Shown one piece after another: positions 56,250-64,000 of a DNA stretch of 64,000 bases. The stretch is taken from IMG/VR virus record IMGVR_UViG_3300025519_000052, positions 1-64,000 of that record. One strand, written 5' to 3'. Numbering within the stretch: position 1 is the first letter of the stretch; every line of letters starts with the position of its first letter. The notes under the pieces were generated by a model that saw only the letters and a list, made by a program, of their open reading frames with translations, did not search any database and was not told the DNA's origin. This stretch comes from a virus (taxonomy: Duplodnaviria; Caudoviricetes). The position numbers and the translations under genes were made by a program.

Positions 56250-56385
56250 TGGTGCTTTCGGCAATTTGTTTTTGTCTAAGATTAATTTCAATATAACCGT
56301 TATAACTGAAAATCTTTAATTAATTTTTTACATCATTTTTTAAATGTATTCAATTATTTTTTAAATATTTTTTTTGCATAATAAC

Positions 56386-56411
56386 TTACATTTTCAGTTT
56401 ACCAGATATAA
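56386..56411 (+). promoter_or_regulatory. TTAC-N15-GATATAA promoter motif
   Basis: Exact motif upstream of dnaE. Confidence 0.75.
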
Positions 56412-56451
56412 AGGTTATGTGAAATGAATAAAAAGAGAGGTTATAAAAGTT

Positions 56452-58924
56452 ATGACAAAGCTTGGCTATTATGGGAATCATAACCACACAGATGCGAGCA
56501 ATTTTCGTTTGCGCGACGCAATCAATAAGCCTGAAGAACTTCTTGAATATGCTTTAAAGATTGGATTATCTGGAATTTCAATTACAGATCATGAAACATT
56601 AGCTTCACATGTAAAAGCTTATAAATATCTTCAAGCAAATAAAGAGAGATTTGGAGATTTTAAGCTCGGTTTTGGTGATGAAATTTATCTAGTAGATAAA
56701 GAAGACATTTTAAATAAGAAAAAACAAAATGAAAAGATTAATTTCTATCACTTTATTTTGGTCGCTAAGAATCAACATGGATATGAAGGACTTAAAAAGA
56801 TTTCCTCAAAAGCTTGGCATAATTCATTTTTCTACCGTGGAATGGAAAGAGTACCAACCTATAAAGATGAATTGATGACAATCATGGAAGAATATCGTGG
56901 AGATATTCTTGCTACAACTGCTTGTATTGGTGGAGAATTACCACAATTATTAATCAAATATCATGATGAACCAACCCGGGAAAACAAGTTGAAAGTTCAT
57001 AATTTTATTGTTTGGCTTAAGGGTGTTTTTGGTGATGATATTTATTTTGAGTTGCAGCCATCTCATAATAGAGACCAAGTTGTTGCCAATGAAATGTTAT
57101 ATAAAGTAGGTAAGGCATACGGAGTTAAGTGTATTGTTGCAACCGATGCTCATTATTTAAATCCTTCATTTGCAAAAACTCATGAAATTTATTTAAAAGC
57201 TTCAGAAGGAGAGCGCGAAGTCGCTGAATTCTATGCTACTACTTATTTAATGTCTCATGATGAATTACTTGAATTTTTTAATCCAACTCTTTTAGAAGAA
57301 CTTGAACAAAATACTCTTGAGATTCGCGAGAAAATCGGTGAGATTACTTTTGAGCAGGAAATTAAAGTTCCAAGAGCGCATATTCCTAAATTTGAATTAA
57401 ATCCATTATTCCAACCATTTTATGATAAATATGAATACATTAAGAAATATTCTGAAAGCAGTTATGATGTTGATCGTTACTATCTTCATTTGATTGCTGA
57501 AGGCATGATTGCAAAGAATCAGGAATTGAATGATACAAACTTAAGTCGCATTAATCTTGAATTAAATGAATTATATCATATCAGCGAAAATCTCGGACAA
57601 CCAATGTCATCTTATTTTGTTCTTACAAAAGATATTGTTGATTTAATGTGGGAAGTTTCATTAGTTGGAGTTTCTCGTGGCTCTGCAAGCTGTTTTTATT
57701 TAAATTATTTATTGGACATTGTTCAAATTAATCCATTGAAATATAACTTACCTCACTGGCGATTTATTTCAAAGGAACGCCCGACTTTACCAGATATTGA
57801 TATTGATACAGAAGGTTCAAAACGGCATGAAATTATTCATATTGCAAAAGAGCATTACGGAGAAGAAAATGTTTTAAACATGGGAACTTTCACAACTGAA
57901 GGTACTCGTTCAGCCGTTTTAACTGCTTGCCGCGGATTAGGAATTGATAATGATATTTCTCAAAATATCGCTAATCTTGTTCCAACTGAAAAAGGTAATA
58001 AACTTTGGTCATTAAGTGAATGTTTCTATGGTGATGAAGCAAAAGGTAAAAAACCAGCAAGAGAATTTGTTAACGAAGTTGCTAAATTTAAAGGATTAAA
58101 AGAAGCAATGCTATCAATTGAAGGATTGATTTCTGGACGCAGTCAACATGCTTCTGGAGTTATTATCTTCCCAGATGGCTATATCAAGCAAAATGCAATG
58201 ATGAAAACTACATCTGGCTTGCCAGTAACTCAATTTGATGCTGTAGATACTGAATATATGGGCGGTTTAAAATTAGACTTCTTATCAATTAACGCTTTGG
58301 ACAGAATCAGAGCTTGTATGGAACTTCTTCTTGAGCATGGAAAAATTGAATGGCAAGGTTCATTAAGAAAAACTTACAATAAATATTTTCATCCTGATGT
58401 ACTTGAAATGGAAGCACCGGAAATGTGGGATATGTTGTTTGAAGGTCATGTTTTAAATGCTTTCCAATTTGAAACTGATGTTGGACAACAAGCATTAAGA
58501 AAAATTAATCCCCGTTCATTTGATGAATTATGTGCTAGTAACTCATTAATGAGATTAAGTGCTTCAGATGGTGAGCAACCAATTGATAAATATGTTCGAT
58601 TTAAGAATGATATTAGCTTGTGGTACAAAGAAATGGATGAAGCTGGTTTAACTAAAGAAGAACAAAAAGTATTAGAAGATTTACTTCTTGATCGATATGG
58701 AATCTGTGATACACAAGAATTTCTTATGCAGATTGCCATGAGTCCAAAAATTTCAGGTTTTACCTTAACACAAGCAAATAAATTTCGTAAGGCTGTTGCT
58801 AAGCAAAACGAACAATTAATTGAAGAACAAAAACAAATATTCTATTCTCAAGGTGAAAAAATCGGTACTCGAAAAGAATTTCTTGATTATGTTTGGAATA
58901 AAGAATTAAAACCTCAATTTGGGT
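56452..58924 (+). CDS. dnaE: DNA polymerase III alpha subunit, exon 1
   Basis: PHP domain HNHT/ITDHE, SRGSA, PDIDID, KLDFL. Confidence 0.95.
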
Positions 58925-59230
58925 GAACATGCACGCCCAAGTAAAACTCGGTGAACCAAGGCCATGGGTGTCATATGTAAATATATCCCAGTTCTCTATA
59001 TAATATTTACATATGGCTAACGGGGAAACCTGTAAGATGGCAATCCCGTGCCAAGCCAATGAATTTTTCATTGGAAGGTGTAGAGACTATTATGTAGGAC
59101 AACTATTGGCACGTTGTTCGAAGCGCCGAGCAATAATGTGTTATTATTTCTTTAAGAAAGATAAATTAAAATGAGTCAACACATTATTGAAGATATAGTC
59201 CACTCCGTATGGAAACATACGGGATAAGTG
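58925..59230 (+). ncRNA. Group I self-splicing intron (306 nt, no homing endonuclease ORF)
   Basis: Splicing restores GGG-TAT-GCA (G-Y-A-F-S-L-P-H); exon ends in U and intron in G; P1 TTGGGT/GCCCAA; core AATCCCGTGCCAAGC, GTAGAGACTA, AAGATATAGTCC; P9 CCGTATG-GAAA-CATACGG. Confidence 0.95.
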
Positions 59231-60564
59231 ATGCATTTTCACTTCCGCACATCTCGGGGTATTCATTAATCTTGATGATTGAGATGAATATTTGTTATCG
59301 ATTTGGTCCAGTTTGGTGGAAGACAGCTTGTTTATCTGTTAATGCAGGATTAATTGGTGAAACTGAGAAAAATACAAAATATGGTGCGGTTGCTAAAGCT
59401 GTTGGAGATATGCATGGTGATGTTTTGAATCCTGATATTAACCTTTCTAATGTAGGATTTACTCCATTGGAAAAGGAAAACAAGATTCTATTTGGTTTAA
59501 AACCTATTGTTGGCTTAGGATCCAATGACATTGCAGCAATTATTGAAAATCGACCATTTAAAGACTTCAAAGACTTTTTTGTTAGAATGATTAAAACCAA
59601 AATTCTTTCTGAAGCAAAAGGCATAACATTAATTAAAGCTGGATGCTTTGACAAAATGAATCCAAACAGAAGAGAACTGATGATTGCTTATGTTCGAGCA
59701 ATTACACCTAAAAAAGAAAAACTTACAATGACACAACTACCTTCTATTATTCAGTTTATAGATAAAAATAAATATTCAAAAGAGCTTGCAGCTTATAAAC
59801 TTAGGAACAAATTATTTGGAAGAAATAAAGTTCCAATGACTAAAGAACTTGAACATGAATTTATGTTATTCTTGAAAGCTTACCCTTTTGAAGTTGAATA
59901 CGATTTTCAAGATGGACAATTGGTTGTTGATCAAAAATCATTCGATAAAGCCTATAAACAAATTATTAAACCATTGAAAGAATGGGTTACTTCTCCAGAA
60001 GCAGCTCAACTGTATAACAAAATTAAAATGCAAGAATTCTGGAAAAAGAATTGTATGGGCACAATTGAAGCATGGGAAATGGACACTCTATTGTTCTATT
60101 CTGACAAACATGAGATTGATTATATGCCTTTAAGCAAGTATTTCAATATATCAAGCTTTAACAAGCTTCCTCGAGAGCCAGTTATAACTGGTTATAAAAG
60201 TTATAGAGGTAGACAAATTCCTCAATATAAGATTGATATAATTGCTGGTACGGTTGTTGATAAGAATAAAAACAAATCTCTTGTTTATGTATTAACGCAG
60301 GACAGTGGCGTTGTTACTGTTCGGTATTCTAAGAGCCAATTCGCCCATTATGATAAAAAAGTGGTTCGTGTAAATGGGAAAAATAAAGAAATACTGGACC
60401 CAAGTTGGTTTGATCGTGGCACCAAACTTATTCTTATAGGATTTAGAAGGCAAGATGAGTTCGTATTAAGAACAACAGGCAGTATATTCAACCATACAAC
60501 TATTAAAATATTGGGGTATAACAGTCATAATGTATACTTTCAACAAGAAAAAGCCGAGGCTTAA
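59231..60564 (+). CDS. dnaE: DNA polymerase III alpha subunit, exon 2
   Basis: AFSLPH, LIKAGCFD, C-terminal OB fold. Confidence 0.93.
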
Positions 60565-60596
60565 TTGCTTCGGTTTCTTTTTTTACCTTTTTCAAT

Positions 60597-60622
60597 TTAC
60601 ATATTCATTATAAAAGATATAA
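60597..60622 (+). promoter_or_regulatory. TTAC-N15-GATATAA promoter motif
   Basis: Exact motif. Confidence 0.7.
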
Positions 60623-60732
60623 CAATTATGAAGCTACTAGTTACGGAGATTATAACAAAATCCATCAATAATATATTCAATAAAAATATCAATAATTATT
60701 TATTGCAAATAAAAATTTATTGAAAATCTTAT

Positions 60733-60758
60733 TTACGTTTTTATTTAATCAGATATAA
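60733..60758 (+). promoter_or_regulatory. TTAC-N15-GATATAA promoter motif
   Basis: Exact motif. Confidence 0.75.
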
Positions 60759-60803
60759 ATAATATGCAAGAAACAAAACTTAAAAGAAAGGAACTTAATT
60801 ACT

Positions 60804-61178
60804 ATGGACAAATTACAATTTTTATTAGATTCACAAGAAAAATTTCAAAAACGCCTTGGACAAGATTTTCCACTTATGAATGAAAAAGAAAAATCGGAAT
60901 TTCTTCATGTTCATGGTTATTTCTTAATTGAGGAAGTTGCTGAAATGCTGCGTGAAACTCCATTTCATAAACCATGGAAACAATATAACTGGGATGAAGA
61001 AAAAACTTTAAGCCAGGAAGAACTTCAAAAAGATGAAGCAATTGATGCTTTACATTTTTTAATTAATATCTTTTTAGCACTCGGCATGGATTCTGAAGAA
61101 GTTATTGAACGATACAAAGAAAAAAACAAACTCAATTATCGTCGTCAAGAAGATTCAAGTCTAGGTTATATAAAATGA
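60804..61178 (+). CDS. All-alpha NTP pyrophosphatase (dimeric dUTPase/dCTPase/MazG-like)
   Basis: LIEEVAE...HKPWK...DEAIDALHF...YKEKNKLNYRRQ. Confidence 0.85.
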   Translation: MDKLQFLLDSQEKFQKRLGQDFPLMNEKEKSEFLHVHGYFLIEEVAEMLRETPFHKPWKQYNWDEEKTLSQEELQKDEAIDALHFLINIFLALGMDSEEVIERYKEKNKLNYRRQEDSSLGYIK

Positions 61179-61254
61179 TTTTTTGAAATGATTTTTGAAT
61201 TTATCTTTCACTATTTTTAAGACCAAAAAACAATAATCGGAGGTTATAACAATT

Positions 61255-61473
61255 ATGACTACTTTAATGACAACTACTAAAAAATTTTTTGCAACTACTG
61301 AACTTGAAGCTCAATCACTTATTAATCAAATTAAGAAAGAACACGGTTCGCACATTAAAAATTCTTCAATCACTAAGAAAACCAAGAAAACCAAGAAAGA
61401 AGTTGAGTACTATATTGTTTCTGTAACTATTGAATTCTACCGTGATAAGGATTTAGTTACTGTGGCTAATTAA
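61255..61473 (+). CDS. Small basic hypothetical protein
   Basis: 72 aa, GGAGG RBS. Confidence 0.55.
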   Translation: MTTLMTTTKKFFATTELEAQSLINQIKKEHGSHIKNSSITKKTKKTKKEVEYYIVSVTIEFYRDKDLVTVAN

Positions 61474-61508
61474 ACTTAATACTGCTAAAAATTGGGAGGA
61501 ACTTATTT

Positions 61509-62120
61509 ATGGGAAAAATGGATGAAATGATTATTGTCGCACCACGTTCTGAAGTTTTTGAAAATGAAAAGCTTTCATTCCAAGGAACTCTTCAAGATAA
61601 GACAGTAAATAAAATTATTAAAAATATTTCAAATACTTACGAAGTAATGAGGCGTGGAGACGCTGAAAAAAATGAAAAATTTAAGCAACCTATCCCTTAT
61701 GCTGTTATAAAACGTGGGAATGAAGTATTTGTCTATGAAAGATTAAAAGGAGCAGGAGAAGTAAGATTGCATAACAAACTTTCAATTGGTGTTGGCGGTC
61801 ATATGAATGAGGTTCCAGGAGAAAAAGATTTTAATAAAATTTTAAATGAAAATCTTCTACGAGAAATTGAAGAAGAATTGATTATTGATAATAAAAAATT
61901 CAAAGTAACTCCAATTGGACTTATTAATGATGATGAAGACGAAGTTGGACGAGTTCATATTGGAATATTGGTTGCAATTGAAGTTCCAGAAGGCACTGAT
62001 GTTCAAGTTCGTGAAACTGAAGAGCTTCAAGGACAATTTCTTCAAATTGAAAAATTAAAACTGAGACAGTTCTATGAAAGATTAGAAAATTGGTCAAAGA
62101 TTGCCATTGATATTTTGTAA
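61509..62120 (+). CDS. Nudix-superfamily phosphoesterase (YmaB-like)
   Basis: KQPIPY, RLHNKLSIGVGGHMN, REIEEEL, VGRVHIG. Confidence 0.8.
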   Translation: MGKMDEMIIVAPRSEVFENEKLSFQGTLQDKTVNKIIKNISNTYEVMRRGDAEKNEKFKQPIPYAVIKRGNEVFVYERLKGAGEVRLHNKLSIGVGGHMNEVPGEKDFNKILNENLLREIEEELIIDNKKFKVTPIGLINDDEDEVGRVHIGILVAIEVPEGTDVQVRETEELQGQFLQIEKLKLRQFYERLENWSKIAIDIL

Positions 62121-62172
62121 TCAGGAAGAAAATCTTCCTGATTAATTAATTACTAATATCGGAGGACCGATT

Positions 62173-62451
62173 ATGATTAAAATTACTTACATTTATAAAG
62201 AAAACAGCTTGATTACTCCGTTCTTAGATCGACAAATTGATGAAGCTAATTTAAAAGGTTATGAAATTGAAAGAATAAAACTTGATGATGAAGTTGCTGA
62301 AAAATATCAGCTTGTAAGATGGCATACTATTATTTTTTCAGATAAAAGAGGAAATGAGCTTTTAAGATACAATAAAGCATTTGATTCTAGGACTCTTGAA
62401 AAATTGTTATATGAAACAAAATGCATATTATCAAACAGATTAAAAGGGTGA
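62173..62451 (+). CDS. Thioredoxin-fold-like small protein lacking CxxC
   Basis: EVAEKYQLVRWHTIIF pattern only. Confidence 0.35.
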   Translation: MIKITYIYKENSLITPFLDRQIDEANLKGYEIERIKLDDEVAEKYQLVRWHTIIFSDKRGNELLRYNKAFDSRTLEKLLYETKCILSNRLKG

Positions 62452-62457
62452 TTTCTT

Positions 62458-63009
62458 ATGATTTATGTCTTATTAGGTCCAACTTGTTCTGGTAAGACTA
62501 CAACTCTAAAGCAACTTGTTGATTTTGGTTATGAGCCTATCATAACTTATACAACTCGGCCAAAAAGAAAAAATGAAGTAGATGGAAAAGATTATTATTT
62601 TATTTCAGAAAGACAATTTAATCACTTAGACGAATTCAATTTATTGATAGCAAAAAATACATTTAAAAATGCTTTTGGAACAGAATGGCATTATGCTATC
62701 AATCGGCAAGATATTGATTTAACTAAAGATTTGGTAGTAATTACTGATCCTAAAGGTTATCGAGATTTAGTTAAAACTTTTGGAAAAGAAAACGTAACAA
62801 GTATTTACTTGAATACAAACTATGAAATTAGACTTATTCGTGGATTGAACAGACAAGACCAAGTAAATGAGCTATATAGAAGATTGCTTTCTGATGAAGA
62901 AGTTTTTAGAGGGTTTGAGAAAGAAGCTGATTATATAATTACTGAGACTACAAAAGTTGGTGTTCTGAATAAAGTTCTAAAAATAATTTATGGAGGTAAG
63001 CAATCTTGA
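62458..63009 (+). CDS. Guanylate-kinase-like nucleotide kinase
   Basis: GPTCSGKTT, TTRPKRKNEVDGKDYYFIS. Confidence 0.9.
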   Translation: MIYVLLGPTCSGKTTTLKQLVDFGYEPIITYTTRPKRKNEVDGKDYYFISERQFNHLDEFNLLIAKNTFKNAFGTEWHYAINRQDIDLTKDLVVITDPKGYRDLVKTFGKENVTSIYLNTNYEIRLIRGLNRQDQVNELYRRLLSDEEVFRGFEKEADYIITETTKVGVLNKVLKIIYGGKQS

Positions 63010-63563
63010 AAAAATTAGTATTAACTTCTCCATTACCTCCTTCAGTAAACAATTACCTAAACTATAGAGTTGCTAGAAGAGGTAAAAAAAGATTTGTTCA
63101 AACTTATCCATCAGAAGAAACAAAAGTCTATAAAAACTTTTTTGTTGATTATGTTAAAGATCAAATAAGAGAACAAAATTGGTCAAAACCAGAGAATGGA
63201 AAACTCGTTTATATTAAAATGACTTTCTTTCTGGATAGAAAAAGAAAAGATCCAAATAATTTTTTGAAAGTTCTATTTGACTCCTTAACTGAAGCCGGAG
63301 TTTATGCTGATGATGATATTGCTTTACCGTTAGTTCCAAGACTTTATATTGACAAGCAAAATCCTCGAATTGAAATTGAAATTTATAAATCCAACGCTAT
63401 TGGAATTTTTGATGATAAAGAAGATTATCAATTGTTTATACAAAATAATTGCAATATGTGTAAAAAGAAAACCGAATCATGCAGCATCTTAAAAAATTTA
63501 CTTGATAACCGTTTAGTGGAAGATGTTGAATATCGGACCTGTTTAAGAAGAAAACCAATCTAA
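63006..63563 (+). CDS. rusA: RusA-like Holliday junction resolvase
   Basis: PPSVNNY, RKDPNNFLKVLFDSLTEAGVYADD, NPRIEI. Confidence 0.9.
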   Translation: MKKLVLTSPLPPSVNNYLNYRVARRGKKRFVQTYPSEETKVYKNFFVDYVKDQIREQNWSKPENGKLVYIKMTFFLDRKRKDPNNFLKVLFDSLTEAGVYADDDIALPLVPRLYIDKQNPRIEIEIYKSNAIGIFDDKEDYQLFIQNNCNMCKKKTESCSILKNLLDNRLVEDVEYRTCLRRKPI

Positions 63564-63574
63564 AGGCAGCATGG

Positions 63575-63609
63575 AATAGAAAAGAAGGTGCAAAGCCTTC
63601 TTTTCTATT
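63575..63609. terminator. Bidirectional terminator
   Basis: Perfect 14-bp inverted repeat AATAGAAAAGAAGG/CCTTCTTTTCTATT. Confidence 0.85.
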
Positions 63610-63903
63610 GTAAAAAATTCAAATTTTATTTACTGTGATAGGTTCTAATGTACTTATTCTTCCATTCATTAACACAGTATTGGAAATTTTTTGAATTATC
63701 TTTTAGTCAATCTATACAGTCTTCTCATTATTGGACTTAACTGGACTTATTTGAATAGTGAAAAACAATAAACCTTCATCCCCTGATTTCATTAAGGAAG
63801 TATTGATATATTTTCATTGCCTTTCTTTTTACAATATTTGTTTTTTTTCCAATTGACTTGCTTTTCTTAATTATATTAAAAAGAGACATGATGAATTTTT
63901 TTG

Positions 63904-63959
63904 TGTACTTTTTTTCAAGTACTGCGTATAATAAATAATGTAAATCGAACATATGTTCG
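63904..63959 (+). promoter_or_regulatory. SigA promoter followed by a perfect LexA (SOS) box
   Basis: TGTACT-N17-TATAAT (63904-63932); CGAACATATGTTCG at 63946-63959. Confidence 0.85.
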
Positions 63960-64000
63960 AATCTACTTCCTGAAGAATTGCGATGGTTGATTAGGTCAGT

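Noticed and set aside
40184-58926. Genome-wide TGA recoding suggested by in-frame TGA in dut and dnaE
   Set aside because: The dnaE TGA is removed by splicing, many genes end normally in TGA, and no suppressor tRNA is present
48951-60564. Inteins in helicase, RNR or DnaE
   Set aside because: Protein lengths are normal and no C...HN splice motifs are seen; the dnaE break is a group I intron
63620-63870. Minus-strand gene ending at the bidirectional terminator
   Set aside because: Only short stop-interrupted frames; at most an unrecognisable remnant
1-64000. CRISPR array or mini-array
   Set aside because: No regularly spaced 25-45-bp repeats with unique spacers; the repeats found are pairs or short tandem units

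Overview
The window is 64 kb of an AT-rich siphovirus genome infecting a Bacillota (Bacillus-like) host, with two divergent arms. The minus-strand arm (1-24.8 kb) is the virion and lysis module: signal-peptide GH25 endolysin, holin, tail fibre, Tal, Dit, tape measure, frameshifted tail chaperone, HK97-type head genes, TerL, TerS and HNH. An orphan DNA methyltransferase flanked by direct repeats is inserted in this arm. The 24.8-26.6 kb non-coding centre holds a cos-like site, a roughly 300-nt highly base-paired candidate RNA and an AT-rich origin-like tract. The plus-strand arm (26.6-64 kb) is replication, nucleotide metabolism and anti-restriction: ArdA, two more methyltransferases, a ThyA homologue, PhoH, class I RNR with flavodoxin, DnaB, DnaG, RecJ, RNase H, dCMP deaminase, kinases, NTP pyrophosphatases, DnaE split by a 306-nt group I intron, and RusA. 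This arm is driven by 19 exact copies of a TTAC-N15-GATATAA promoter-like motif. Five observations stand out. (1) The ThyA homologue has Asp at the Asn177 specificity position, the dCMP-modifying signature, and the trimeric dUTPase is inactivated. (2) There is an unannotated pseudoknot-rich RNA candidate next to the putative origin. (3) There is a phage-specific promoter regulon. (4) An HTH/coiled-coil gene is bracketed by GTTATAAC arrays, suggesting a partition system. (5) LexA boxes suggest a temperate lifestyle. All calls were made by eye from sequence motifs; no database searches were run.
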